This document shows, in pieces, positions 18,600 through 28,559 of a DNA stretch of 64,000 bases (position 1 is its first letter; every line of letters starts with the position of its first letter). Under the pieces are notes generated by a model. It was not told the DNA's origin. It did not search any database and worked only from the letters and a program-made list of their open reading frames with translations. This stretch comes from an uncultured Spirochaetota bacterium (GTDB taxonomy: Bacteria; Spirochaetota; Spirochaetia; SZUA-6; Fen-1364). The stretch lies in assembly GCA_963820525.1 (NCBI GenBank), contig CAWGAA010000001.1:32001-96000 (forward strand), read 5' to 3'. The translations under genes and the position numbers were made by a program.

Positions 18600-19798
18600 G
18601 CAGTTTTCTCTCTCAAAGGCCTCGGGGTGAGGAGCCGCACAAGGCCGCCCATCAGGATGTCGGTGAGGATCGCCATGGCGATGACGGGCAGGGTGCCCAG
18701 AAGAATCATGTCCATTGCGTACTGGCCGAGGCCCTGGAAGATGAAGACCCCCAGGCCTCCGGCTCCTATCAACGCCGTAACCACGACGTTTCCGACAGCC
18801 TGGACCGCTGCCGTCCTCACGCCCGCCAGGATCACGGGAGCGGCCATGGGAACCTCGACGCGGAGGAGCAGCTGGCCCCGGGACATTCCCATTCCCGTGC
18901 CCGTTTCCCGCAGGCTTGCCGAGATCCCGTGAAGCGCCGTATAGGCGTTTCGCGCCACCGGGAGCATTGCATAAGCGGTGAGGGCCAGGATAGCGGGAGC
19001 CGGCCCGATCCCGCTTATCCCCAGGCGGGCCAGAAGGGGGAACCGCTGGGAGAGGGCGGCAAGCGGCAGGATCAACAGGCCGAAGAGGGCAAGGCTCGGA
19101 ATCGTCTGCACGATGTTCAGCAGGAAAAAGCCGACGCGCCGAACCGTGGTGAACCTGAGCGCGAGCACCCCGACGAAGATCCCGAACGCTGTGCCGAAGA
19201 GAACCGAAGAGCCGGCGAGGGCGGCATGGGCCGCGGTCTGGTCGAGGAAAGTCGCGCTCTGGATCGAGAACTCTCGAAGGATGGAAACCGAATCGAGAAA
19301 CCCCGTGAGGAGGAGAACCGAAACGAGGACAGGGACCGATGCGGAGAGAAGCCGATTGAGGACGGCGGCTTTGCCGCCGAGCTTCTGCGATGCGGTGAGG
19401 AACGACGCGTAGCTGGCGATCACGGTTATCCAGAACCCCGATGAAAGCGAGACGCGCGCCACCTCATCGGCGCCCGCCAGCCTGCGGGAAACGACCCCCG
19501 CCGCGATCAGCGCCGCCGAAGGCGCAAGGACCGAAGCGAAGACGCCTGCGTGTCTGCGCAGTCTCTCAGCCATGGGGATCGCCTCGCAGAGGATGACGAT
19601 GGCCCAGGGGAGGCAGATCGCGGCGGCCAGCAGCGCGTCGTTTCGGGCAAGGAACAGGGGCATGCCCTGCGCGATCCGGTTCGGTCGTATGCTCGCGAAG
19701 GGGAGCGCGAGCGGCGCCGCAAGCCCCACCGCCGAGAAAATGAGCATCGGGACGCCGACGGCGTCACGCAAGGTTCGGCGGATCGGCTCGGTCCCCAT
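18596..19798 (-). CDS. osmoprotectant ABC transporter permease (YehY-like)
   Basis: RPNRI N-terminal motif, QTIPSLALFG, IGAGGLGVFIFQG. Confidence 0.9.
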   Translation of the reverse strand: MGTEPIRRTLRDAVGVPMLIFSAVGLAAPLALPFASIRPNRIAQGMPLFLARNDALLAAAICLPWAIVILCEAIPMAERLRRHAGVFASVLAPSAALIAAGVVSRRLAGADEVARVSLSSGFWITVIASYASFLTASQKLGGKAAVLNRLLSASVPVLVSVLLLTGFLDSVSILREFSIQSATFLDQTAAHAALAGSSVLFGTAFGIFVGVLALRFTTVRRVGFFLLNIVQTIPSLALFGLLILPLAALSQRFPLLARLGISGIGPAPAILALTAYAMLPVARNAYTALHGISASLRETGTGMGMSRGQLLLRVEVPMAAPVILAGVRTAAVQAVGNVVVTALIGAGGLGVFIFQGLGQYAMDMILLGTLPVIAMAILTDILMGGLVRLLTPRPLREKTA

Positions 19799-19816
19799 TG
19801 CGTCCTTGAAGCGGAC

Positions 19817-20758
19817 CTAGTTCGCCGCCCTTTTCAGGAAGCCCTTCGACGCGAGGTAGCTCTGCGCGACGGCGTCCGGGCTCTCTCCGTTCACGGCGAT
19901 CCTCGCGTTCAGGCTTTGAAGGGTCGTGAGGTCGAGCGAGAGGAAGACCGGCTTCAGGATGTCGGCGACGGACGGGTAGCGGCCGAGGGTATCCTGTCTG
20001 ATGATCGGAGTCGGCTCGTAGACGGGCTGCACCCCCTTGGTATCCTTCAAGACCTGAAGCCCCAAAGCGAACAGGTCGCCGTCGGTGCCGTACGCCATGG
20101 CAAAGTTGACACCATCCGTCCCTCGCGCGGCTGCGGTTTCGGTAAGCGCCGTGTTGCCCCCCGAAAACGAGATGATCTGGTCGTTCTTGAGGGTGAAACC
20201 GTATGCCTTCTGGAACGCGGGAAGCGCATCCGGCCGGGTAATGAACTCTTCCGAAGCGGCGAGCTTGATCGCTCCGCCTCCGTTCACGAAGCGCGCCATG
20301 TCGGCCAGAGAAGCGAGCTTCTGCTTGGCGGCGAGGTCCTTCCTGACCGCGATGGCCCATGTGTTGTCCGCGGGAGCCGGCGTCAGCCAGACGATCTTAT
20401 TCTGATCCAGGTCGAGCTTTTTAACCGCCGCGTATCCCTTGGCCGCGTCCTTCCAGGCGTTGGGGTCTGTTCCGGAGAAGAAGAATCCTCCATTGCCCGT
20501 GTACTCGGGGTAGATATCGATCTCTCCCGCCATGATCGCCTTTCGAACGACATCGGTGGTTCCGAAACCCGAACGGTCCGTGACGGGAATCCCGTTGGCC
20601 GCCAGAAGCTTCACGATCATCTTGCCCAGGAGGGAACCTTCAGTATCTATTTTCGAGCCGACCACCACGGGCGGGCCGGCCTTTGCATCCGCCGCGAATA
20701 CCGCGCCCGAGACGGCCAGCATAATGCACAACGTCCCGATGAATATTCTTTTCGCCAT
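19817..20758 (-). CDS. osmF: glycine betaine/osmoprotectant ABC solute-binding protein (OsmF/YehZ-like)
   Basis: VGSKIDTEG, DIYPEYTGNG, NTWAIAVR, AMAYGTDG. Confidence 0.88.
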   Translation of the reverse strand: MAKRIFIGTLCIMLAVSGAVFAADAKAGPPVVVGSKIDTEGSLLGKMIVKLLAANGIPVTDRSGFGTTDVVRKAIMAGEIDIYPEYTGNGGFFFSGTDPNAWKDAAKGYAAVKKLDLDQNKIVWLTPAPADNTWAIAVRKDLAAKQKLASLADMARFVNGGGAIKLAASEEFITRPDALPAFQKAYGFTLKNDQIISFSGGNTALTETAAARGTDGVNFAMAYGTDGDLFALGLQVLKDTKGVQPVYEPTPIIRQDTLGRYPSVADILKPVFLSLDLTTLQSLNARIAVNGESPDAVAQSYLASKGFLKRAAN

Positions 20759-20870
20759 TCAATCCTCCTTCGCGCCGCCGGGAAACCGGCGCCGCGCTGC
20801 TTATACCTGCATTGGAGAAAAGGTACTGCGGAGATGAGCGGCGGGGAAACAGGAACGGGTGGGACTTCAG

Positions 20871-20941
20871 AGCGCCCGATGGGAGTCGAACCCACGTCAT
20901 GGGCTTGGAGGGCCCAGGTAATACCGTTATACGACGGGCGC
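20871..20941 (-). tRNA. tRNA-Gly (TCC), C at position 33, CCA not encoded
   Basis: Acceptor GCGCCCG/CGGGCGC plus T; glyT-like D arm GTATAACGGTATTAC; anticodon arm TGGGC-CCTCCAA-GCCCA; T loop TTCGACT. Confidence 0.92.
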
Positions 20942-20954
20942 TTGGGTGAAAAGC

Positions 20955-20984
20955 AGTCTATCAATGGCGCGCTCGGGGTGTCAA
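20955..20984 (-). promoter_or_regulatory. sigma70 promoter of tRNA-Gly
   Basis: TTGACA, 18 bp, (TGa)TAGACT. Confidence 0.7.
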
Positions 20985-21092
20985 GCATCCGGACTGCGGC
21001 ATGCCGGACTGCGGCGGCGCCACCGACGTCCTCCAGCAACAAAGGGCTGCGGCGTTGAACGGGCAGATCCTTTCCTGTATAGTCTCAGGGAT

Positions 21093-21326
21093 ATGGGAAC
21101 ACGGGGAGAGATCTTTTCCTCGAAGGCCAATACGGCCAAGAGGACGTATTTCTTCAATGTCAAGGAAAATCGGACCGGGGATGTCTTTTTGAACATCGTA
21201 GAAAGCAAGAAGCTCGGGGAAGACAACAGCCAGTTCGAGCGGCGCTCGCTCATCGTCTTCAAGGAAGATCTCGAAGTCTTCCTCGAGGCGTTCGACCAGG
21301 CGGTTCATTTCATCAAGAAGAAGTGA
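21093..21326 (+). CDS. PUR-domain (DUF3276 / BpuR-like) nucleic-acid-binding protein, 77 aa
   Basis: GEIFSSK..KRTYFFNVKENRTGDVFLNIVESK..ERRSLIVF; promoter TTGAAC-17-TATAGT at 21055-21083. Confidence 0.88.
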   Translation: MGTRGEIFSSKANTAKRTYFFNVKENRTGDVFLNIVESKKLGEDNSQFERRSLIVFKEDLEVFLEAFDQAVHFIKKK

Positions 21327-21870
21327 GGCGGAAGCTCCTGCGGTGGATCGGCGAAATGCCGTAGGCTTCGATGCATCCCCTGTGCTCTCGCGTCGGGTAT
21401 CCTTTATGCCGCTCGAACCCATAGGCGGGCTCGATTCGGGCATATCGCTCCATCCATGCGTCCCGGGATGTCTTTGCGATTATCGAAGCGGCCATGATCT
21501 GCGGAACCGTGGCGTCCCCCTTGACGATTGCCCGCGCCGAAATGCCTACATTGGGCGTGAAAAGGCCGTCCACCAGAAGGAGAGTGGGCTTGCGGGACAG
21601 GCCGCGCACCGCGCGGGTCATGGCGAGAAGCGTCGCCCTATGGATGTTGAGCCGATCGATCTCCTCGGGCCATGCCCAACCCACGGAGATGGCCACGGCC
21701 CGTGAGCGGATGACACAGGCGAAGCGCCCGCGGCACGCGGGTGTAAGCGCCTTGGAATCGGCGAGGAACTCAAGTGGAAAACCCTCCGGCAGGATGACCG
21801 CCGCCGCGGTGACCGGACCGGCCAGGGGACCGCGCCCCGCCTCGTCCACCCCGCATACCAGCTCCTCCAC
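21313..21870 (-). CDS. rnhB: ribonuclease HII
   Basis: GVDEAGRGPLAGPV, DSK, VKGD, AASIIAK, HKGYPT, HRRSF. Confidence 0.96.
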   Translation of the reverse strand: MEELVCGVDEAGRGPLAGPVTAAAVILPEGFPLEFLADSKALTPACRGRFACVIRSRAVAISVGWAWPEEIDRLNIHRATLLAMTRAVRGLSRKPTLLLVDGLFTPNVGISARAIVKGDATVPQIMAASIIAKTSRDAWMERYARIEPAYGFERHKGYPTREHRGCIEAYGISPIHRRSFRLTSS

Positions 21871-22065
21871 TGATAACCCCTTTTTCAGCGTCCTGGCTCC
21901 GCGCGTCTGCGGCGCGCTTGGCCCCAGGGCGGCGGCAGCGGCAGGCGGTGCCGCGCTTCGCGCCGGCGCCGCCGAGCTACCGCGCCGCGGGAGCCGCCTT
22001 GACCCGCCGCGTTATTGCATGCACAATGCGGGAGTCATAGTAACGCAAAGAAACTGGGAGTGGAA

Positions 22066-24891
22066 GTGTTCCTCAAGACCTTAGAGATATTCGGTTTCAA
22101 ATCGTTTGCGGATAAGGTCCGTATCGAGTTCTCCGACGGGGTGGCCGCCCTGCTGGGGCCGAATGGCTGCGGTAAGAGCAATGTCGTCGACGCAGTGAAA
22201 TGGGTCCTCGGAGAGCAGTCATTCAAGTCATTACGCGCTGAAAACATGCAGGACATCATCTTCTCCGGAAGCGACTCGAGGAAGCCACTCAACGTCGCCG
22301 AGGTGAGCCTCCTGCTTTCAAACCAGGACGAGATTCTCCCGCTGGAGCTGCCCGAGGTCTCGATCAAGAGGCGGCTGTACCGGTCAGGGGAGAGCGAGTA
22401 CTACATCAACGGCAACTCGGTGAAGCTCAAGGACGTTCGCGAGCTCTTCTTCGATACGGGCATCGGCAAGTCGGCATATTCGATCATGGAGCAGGGCAGG
22501 ATCGATCAGCTGCTCTCGACCAAGCCGGAAGACCGCCGATACATCTTCGAGGAAGCGGCCGGAATCACGCGCTTTCGCGTGCGCGGCGCCGAAGCGGAGC
22601 GGAAGCTGGAAAAGACCGAGGAGAACATGCGCCACATCGAGGGCATCCTCGATGAGGTGCGCAGGAGCTACAACTCGCTGAAGGCCCAGGCCGAGAAGGC
22701 GGAGGCGTATAGAAAGCTTCGCGAAGAGATCTTCGAGGTGGAGCTGGAGATACAGCTCCTGCGCCTCAAGGGCCTGCTGGAGGACAAGAAGCGCCGGGAG
22801 GCGAGGCTGGACGAGAAGTCGCGCGCCAAGGACACCGTGGCCGCGGAGATGGAGGCGGTGAGCCAATCCATCACGAAGCAGGTGGACCTCGTGAACAGCA
22901 TGGAGTCCCAGCTCGTGGAATCCAACAAGAGGCTCTACCAGCTCGATATGGAGAAAACCAAGCGCGACAGCCAGATCCGCATGTACCGCGAGCGTACGGG
23001 GGAGCTTGAGAGGAGCGCGGAGGCGGAGACGGTCAGGCAGAAGAGCGTGGCCAAGAAAATCGACGATATGGAGGCCGAGAGCCGCGCCAAGCAGGGAAGC
23101 ATGGATGAGCTTACCGCCCGCATCGCGGAGACCGAAGGGAACATCGAAGGCTTCACGACCGACATCGAGAGCTTCGCCCAGAGGGTGCGGCAGAATGAAG
23201 ATGAGGTCCGGGGGAACGAGGCCGAGATCCAGGTGCTCGAGGAAACCCTCGAGCACCTGCGGGACGATCTTCGGGCCATCACGGAAGATATCGTCACCCA
23301 GCTCGATCAGAGGCTGAAGGAAACCGGCTACTCCTCGGCCGAGCGCCGCAGGATAGACCAGGCGGTCGAGGAGACGCTGGGCAGCCTTCGCATCGCCCTG
23401 GGCGGCCGGGCATCGCTTCTCGAAGACGCCGCGGCCGTGGAAAATCTCTCCCGCGCCGAGCGGGAGAAGCTCGTCCAGGCCACCCTCACGGTGATGAAAA
23501 GCTCGCTGGAAAAGCTCCAGGTTCTCGCCGGGCTTCTGGAAGAGCTGCGGAAGTACTCCCCATTGTTCCTCGACGAGTTCCTCGCCCCCGAGGGAATCAT
23601 CACCAAAAAGAGGGAAATCGACAGAAAGATCAACGAGATCCTGGAAGGCATTTCCGGCAGGCGGCAGAAGAACGACTCCCTGCGAACGGAGAACATCGGC
23701 CTGCGGGAAAAGATCGACGAGTACAGGAAGACGCTGGAGAATCTCAAGGTGAACCTGGCGCGCATCCAGACCCAGAAGGCTGGGCTGGAGGAAGAGCTCC
23801 GCCGCCTTTCACGCGAGAGAGCCGAGCAGGAGGCCCTGCTGCGTGAGGCGGCTCAGAGGATCGATGATATCCGCCTCAAGGTGAAGGAGACCGAGGAGAG
23901 GATCACCACGGCAGAGGATGAGCGCCGCCAGATCGAGGAGCAGGAGAAGAGCCAGAAGTCGACGCTCACGGGCCTTGAAGGAGAGATCTCCAGCAAGAAC
24001 AAGGAGCTCGCCTCCAAGGAGCAGGACCTCAAGGAAAAGAGCGCCCAGCTGTCCCACATCCATTCAGAGATGGAGAAGATGCAGATCGAGGTCACCGAGA
24101 TCCGCACCGAGATCAAGGATATGCACGCCAACTTCTCCGAGAGGTTCTCCCGGGATCTTTCCGAGTACGAGACCCGCATCCCCGAGTTGACCCCCAACAA
24201 CGACCTTCGTCCCCGGCTGGCGCAGCTTCGCGAGGATATGAAGAAGCTGGGACAGGTGAACCTCATGGCTACCGAGGAGTTCGCCGAGGTCAAGGACCGT
24301 TTCGATTTTCTCACGAACCAGCTCGAGGACCTCACGCGCGCTCGGGAAGACCTGAAAAAGGTGACCACGGAGATCAAGACCGAATCCTCGGAGCTTTTCC
24401 TCGATACGTATAACAGGATCAAGAAGAACTTCCACACCGTATTCAGGAGACTGTTCGGCGGAGGGCGCGCCGAGCTTCGCCTGGCGGACCCCGACAACAT
24501 TCTGGAGTCCGGAATCGAGATCTTCGCCCAGCCCCCCGGCAAGAAGCTCGAGAATATCAACCTCCTGTCCGGAGGAGAAAAGTCGCTTACGGGGGTCTCT
24601 CTCATGTTCGCCATCTACATGGTGAAGCCGTCGCCGTTCTGCCTGCTGGATGAGATCGATGCCGCCCTCGACGAAGAGAACGTGGGACGGCTTATAAATC
24701 TGCTGAAGGAGTTTTCCTCCAACTCGCAGTTCATTGTGATAACCCATAACAAGAGGACGGTGGCGGGAGCCGACGTGCTCTATGGGGTTACAATGGAGGA
24801 GTCGGGGGTCTCCAAGCTCGTGGCGATACGCCTGGAGAATCGTTCGAAGGACGAGATGGTGGCATCTCCCGCTCCGGCGGGATCTTCTTGA
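22066..24891 (+). CDS. smc: chromosome segregation protein SMC (short spirochaete type, 941 aa)
   Basis: GFKSF, GPNGCGKSN, coiled coils, LSGGEK, LLDEIDAALD, ITH; GTG 22066 behind GGGAG; TTGACC-17-CACAAT at 21999-22027. Confidence 0.94.
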   Translation: MFLKTLEIFGFKSFADKVRIEFSDGVAALLGPNGCGKSNVVDAVKWVLGEQSFKSLRAENMQDIIFSGSDSRKPLNVAEVSLLLSNQDEILPLELPEVSIKRRLYRSGESEYYINGNSVKLKDVRELFFDTGIGKSAYSIMEQGRIDQLLSTKPEDRRYIFEEAAGITRFRVRGAEAERKLEKTEENMRHIEGILDEVRRSYNSLKAQAEKAEAYRKLREEIFEVELEIQLLRLKGLLEDKKRREARLDEKSRAKDTVAAEMEAVSQSITKQVDLVNSMESQLVESNKRLYQLDMEKTKRDSQIRMYRERTGELERSAEAETVRQKSVAKKIDDMEAESRAKQGSMDELTARIAETEGNIEGFTTDIESFAQRVRQNEDEVRGNEAEIQVLEETLEHLRDDLRAITEDIVTQLDQRLKETGYSSAERRRIDQAVEETLGSLRIALGGRASLLEDAAAVENLSRAEREKLVQATLTVMKSSLEKLQVLAGLLEELRKYSPLFLDEFLAPEGIITKKREIDRKINEILEGISGRRQKNDSLRTENIGLREKIDEYRKTLENLKVNLARIQTQKAGLEEELRRLSRERAEQEALLREAAQRIDDIRLKVKETEERITTAEDERRQIEEQEKSQKSTLTGLEGEISSKNKELASKEQDLKEKSAQLSHIHSEMEKMQIEVTEIRTEIKDMHANFSERFSRDLSEYETRIPELTPNNDLRPRLAQLREDMKKLGQVNLMATEEFAEVKDRFDFLTNQLEDLTRAREDLKKVTTEIKTESSELFLDTYNRIKKNFHTVFRRLFGGGRAELRLADPDNILESGIEIFAQPPGKKLENINLLSGGEKSLTGVSLMFAIYMVKPSPFCLLDEIDAALDEENVGRLINLLKEFSSNSQFIVITHNKRTVAGADVLYGVTMEESGVSKLVAIRLENRSKDEMVASPAPAGSS

Positions 24892-24934
24892 CGGAGAACA
24901 TCCGCGCTATAATCGAGTCTCGGGAGGGGAATCG

Positions 24935-26398
24935 ATGCGCAGAAAGTCACAGGGATTGACCGTCGCCGTTGCGCTTTTGCTGGCCGCCTGCGTCGGAACG
25001 CCGGCGGGCAAGAATCAAGCCCCGGCGGCGCCGGTCGAGGTGTTCGATATAAGCTCCTACCGCAAAGCCGAGGACAACCTGAGGCGCGCCTCCGCCGACA
25101 TCGGCGCGACGCCTTTTCCCGAGCCTGTTGCAGCCGGCCTCGAATCCGCGGCAGATAACGGCATGCGGGCGGAGGGGACCAAGGATTCGCCTGAGCCCCC
25201 CGAGGTCCTGGGGATATCTCCCATTGGGAGGGAGGGCTCTCCAGCAGTCGAGCTGCCGCTTCCCGCGGCTCCAGCCAAGCCCTCTCAACGCGCCGTGACA
25301 TCTCCCGCTTCGCCCGCGGGAAGGCCGGCGGCCTCTCCCCGGGCTTCGAATCCGTCCACGAGACCCGCCGCGCCGGCTACCGAGCAGAAAAAGACTGTCG
25401 CTCGGCAGCCGGTCACCTCGCCCGCCGCCGCGGTGGATCCCGCGCCCGTCAAACAGGGCGGCTCCAGCGGAGAGGCCCGCCCGGCCCCCCGAGAGATCTA
25501 TGCGCGCGTGGGAGATGAGGTGGAAATTGGGCTTGGGGGCGGGGGGTACGTTTTCCTTGGCTTTCCCGACAGGACTCAAGCTGCCGGGATGTCCTTCAAG
25601 TCCAAGGAGATGCGCGGGGAGAAAACATACTTCAAGTTCAAGGCCTTCGCCATAGGAGCGTACCAGTTGGAGTTCCTCCGGCAGGACGTTTCAAGCGGAA
25701 AGGCAGCAAAGGAAGCCGTTCTCGTCCACGTCGTTTCCGACGATCAGTTCGCCGCCGCAGTGGACAGACAGGCGGCGGGCCAGGCCGCGGAGGCCGGCCA
25801 GACGGATACGGCGGATTATGCGTACGCGGAAAAGCTGGCGGGGCTCGGGAAATACGATGCGGCGCTGGCCGAGTACATGAAGGGGTACAAGGAAAGCGAC
25901 CTCCAGGCGAACGACCGTATCGCCGCGCTGTACGTGCGTACGGGAGACCTCGAAGCCGCTGAAAAATACTATAAGAGGAACCTGGCTTCGCCGGGAGCCT
26001 ATGCGGAGAAGGCAGCCGTCGGCCTTGCCCGAATCGCCTTGCAGAGGCGCGACTCGGCCGTTTTCTTCATCTACCTGAAGCCCATGCTCGCGGTGAAGGG
26101 ACTCGATATCGGGGATGTCCTCATCGATGCGGCGCGCTTTGAAATGGAAAAGGGAGAAATCGCCACCGGCCTGGATCTGCTTTCGGAGTACAGGACCCGC
26201 TACCCTACGGGAGCGCGGGCGGATGAGGCGGATGTCCTCACGGCCCAGCTTCTGGAGGCGGATTCCCCGCAGCGCGACATTCGTCGGGCGCGGGAGCTGT
26301 ACGGCCAGGTGCTCGGCTATTTCCCCGAAAGCCGCTTCGCGGCACTTGCTCGCGACAGGCTGCGCTACATCGAGCAGCACTTCTTCTACGTGCGCTGA
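24935..26398 (+). CDS. lipoprotein with Pro/Ala-rich linker and C-terminal TPRs
   Basis: Lipobox LLAAC, GGAGG SD; TPR-like helices ending YFPESRFAALARDRLRYI. Confidence 0.8.
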   Translation: MRRKSQGLTVAVALLLAACVGTPAGKNQAPAAPVEVFDISSYRKAEDNLRRASADIGATPFPEPVAAGLESAADNGMRAEGTKDSPEPPEVLGISPIGREGSPAVELPLPAAPAKPSQRAVTSPASPAGRPAASPRASNPSTRPAAPATEQKKTVARQPVTSPAAAVDPAPVKQGGSSGEARPAPREIYARVGDEVEIGLGGGGYVFLGFPDRTQAAGMSFKSKEMRGEKTYFKFKAFAIGAYQLEFLRQDVSSGKAAKEAVLVHVVSDDQFAAAVDRQAAGQAAEAGQTDTADYAYAEKLAGLGKYDAALAEYMKGYKESDLQANDRIAALYVRTGDLEAAEKYYKRNLASPGAYAEKAAVGLARIALQRRDSAVFFIYLKPMLAVKGLDIGDVLIDAARFEMEKGEIATGLDLLSEYRTRYPTGARADEADVLTAQLLEADSPQRDIRRARELYGQVLGYFPESRFAALARDRLRYIEQHFFYVR

Positions 26399-26608
26399 AG
26401 GCCGCGGCTCCGGGGCCCCCAGCGCGAGTGGCGAGAGCCCTGGGGCCTCTCGCGCTGGCTGGCAGAGCCAGCCGCACAGTTCGCCTCTCGCGGCGTGCTT
26501 CGCACGCCACTGCAGGCCCGCGCGCGCTACACGCAGCGCGCTTGGCTTGACACGGGCATCCATTCTCATTATATATTGGCCTGTTTCTAGCACGCGAAGA
26601 GACATCCG

Positions 26609-27946
26609 ATGCTTGAGAAGCTGAGCGGCAGACTGACCGACCTGATTCGCCAAATCGGCGGCAAGGCTCACATCTCGGAGAAAAACATCCAGGACGCGAT
26701 CGACGAGATCAAGATCGCTCTCCTGGACGCCGATGTGAACCTGCGCGTCGTGCGGCGGTTCGTCAACCAGACGACGGAGGAAGCCCTGGGACAGAAGGTG
26801 CTTCGCTCCGTGTCTCCGGGAGAGCAGTTTGTCAAGGTGGTCTTTGACAAGATGGTGAGCTTCCTCGGAGGCGAGAGGCAGGATCTCGCGCTGAAAGGCC
26901 CCGACGCGCAGAGCGTGATCCTCCTTCTCGGGCTCCAGGGCTCCGGAAAAACAACCACGGCGGCAAAGCTCGCCGTGCGGCTCAAGGAGCAGGGAAGGAA
27001 GCCGCTCCTGGTCGCGGCAGACCTCCAGCGCCCCGCCGCCGTGGAACAGCTTGCCGTGCTCGCCGGCAAGGCGGGCGTGGATGTGTTCCGGGAGACGGGC
27101 AAGTCGCCCGAAGCGGTCGTGTCCGACGCTCTCTCCCTCGCTCGGCGGGAGCAGTTCACCGCGGTCATCATCGACACCGCGGGCCGGCTCCAGGTGGACG
27201 AGGCGCTCATGGACGAGCTCTCGCGGATACGCGACGTGTGCAAGCCGGACGAGGTGCTCCTGGTGGCGGACGCGATGACCGGACAGAACGCGGCGGAGAT
27301 CGCGAAGGAGTTCGACGCCCGGGTCTCTCTCTCCGGAGTCATTTTGAGCAAATTCGACTCGGACACGAGGGGCGGGGCCGCCCTCTCGATCAAGAGCGTG
27401 ACGGGAAAACCGATCAAGTTCGTCGGAGTCGGAGAGAAGCTCGACGGGCTGGAGGCTTTCCACCCGGACCGGGTCGCGTCGCGGATCCTCGGCATGGGAG
27501 ACGTCGTCACCCTCGTTGAGAAGGCCCAGAAGACCATGGAGATGGGGGAAGCCCTCAAGCTCCAGGAGAAGCTGGAATCGGAGACCTTCACCATGGAGGA
27601 CATGCTCGACCAGTACAGGCGGATGCGAAAGATGGGCAGCCTCCAGTCTCTGGTGGAGATGATACCGGGGCTGAAGGGCCAGGTCTCCGAAGGGCAGATC
27701 GACGAGAACGAGATGAAGCGGGAGGAGGCGATCATCCTCTCCATGACCCCTTCCGAGAGGAAGAACTACAGGATCGTCGGCCCCTCGAGGAGGGCGCGGG
27801 TCGCGCGGGGTTCCGGGACCTCGGTTTTCGAGGTGAACAGGTTCTTGAAGAAATTCGAGAAAACCTGCCTCATGATGAAAAAGATGACGAGGAACAAGAA
27901 ATACCAGGCTCAGGTGCTGTCCCAGCTCGGGGCCGGGAGCCATTAA
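26609..27946 (+). CDS. ffh: signal recognition particle protein
   Basis: [24 protein letters not shown], Met-rich M domain. Confidence 0.97.
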   Translation: MLEKLSGRLTDLIRQIGGKAHISEKNIQDAIDEIKIALLDADVNLRVVRRFVNQTTEEALGQKVLRSVSPGEQFVKVVFDKMVSFLGGERQDLALKGPDAQSVILLLGLQGSGKTTTAAKLAVRLKEQGRKPLLVAADLQRPAAVEQLAVLAGKAGVDVFRETGKSPEAVVSDALSLARREQFTAVIIDTAGRLQVDEALMDELSRIRDVCKPDEVLLVADAMTGQNAAEIAKEFDARVSLSGVILSKFDSDTRGGAALSIKSVTGKPIKFVGVGEKLDGLEAFHPDRVASRILGMGDVVTLVEKAQKTMEMGEALKLQEKLESETFTMEDMLDQYRRMRKMGSLQSLVEMIPGLKGQVSEGQIDENEMKREEAIILSMTPSERKNYRIVGPSRRARVARGSGTSVFEVNRFLKKFEKTCLMMKKMTRNKKYQAQVLSQLGAGSH

Positions 27947-28022
27947 GACGGAGGCGGAGCCCCGGCGCGCGGCGCGCGTCGGACACGGCCATCCGCCCTC
28001 AAGGACATCAAGGAGGACGCCA

Positions 28023-28268
28023 GTGAGCGTGCGCATCAGGCTGAAGAGGTTCGGGTCGAAGAAACGGCCGTATTACAGGATCGTCGTCGTGGATTCTCGC
28101 AGCCCCCGAGACGGGAGGGTGATCGAGGAAGTCGGCCTGTACCATCCCATCGAGAAAGAGGACAAGCAGGTCGCGCTCAAGGAAGAGCGGATCAAGGAGT
28201 GGCTGGGAAAAGGCGCCACCCCTACGGACGTGGTGAAGAAGATACTCAATCGCAAGGCGAGGAGCTAG
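28023..28268 (+). CDS. rpsP: 30S ribosomal protein S16
   Basis: [30 protein letters not shown]. Confidence 0.97.
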   Translation: MSVRIRLKRFGSKKRPYYRIVVVDSRSPRDGRVIEEVGLYHPIEKEDKQVALKEERIKEWLGKGATPTDVVKKILNRKARS

Positions 28269-28325
28269 GGGGCTCTCGCCGTCTTCCCTGGCCGGGCAGC
28301 AGATACGCGGGTGAAGGAGAGCTCC

Positions 28326-28559
28326 GTGGAAAAAGATCTCGTCGAATATATCGCGAAAACCCTCGTGGATGACCCCAGCGGAGTCGTTGTCAACATGATC
28401 GAGGGAGAGAAGTCCACGATCCTCGAGCTGAAGGTATCGGAAGGCGACATCGGGAAGGTGATCGGCAAGCACGGCCGCATCGCCAAGGCGATCCGCACCC
28501 TCTTGAGCGCCTCGTCCACCAAATCGGGCAAAAGGGTGGTGCTCGAGATCCTGGACTGA
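28326..28559 (+). CDS. khpA: KH-domain RNA-binding protein
   Basis: DIGKVIGKHGRIAKAIR; GTG 28326 behind AAGGAG. Confidence 0.92.
   Translation: MEKDLVEYIAKTLVDDPSGVVVNMIEGEKSTILELKVSEGDIGKVIGKHGRIAKAIRTLLSASSTKSGKRVVLEILD

Noticed and set aside
20871..20941. Reading the tRNA as Trp (CCA)
   Set aside because: The 5-bp stem centres TCC in a 7-nt loop; acceptor, D arm and U73 are glycine-type.
26400..26600. Possible SRP RNA (ffs) upstream of ffh
   Set aside because: Structured, but lacks the conserved domain IV motif (CAGG..GGAA..AGCAG).
25691..28036. 781-aa minus-strand ORF
   Set aside because: Antisense shadow of ffh and the TPR gene, typical of high-GC codon bias; no motifs.
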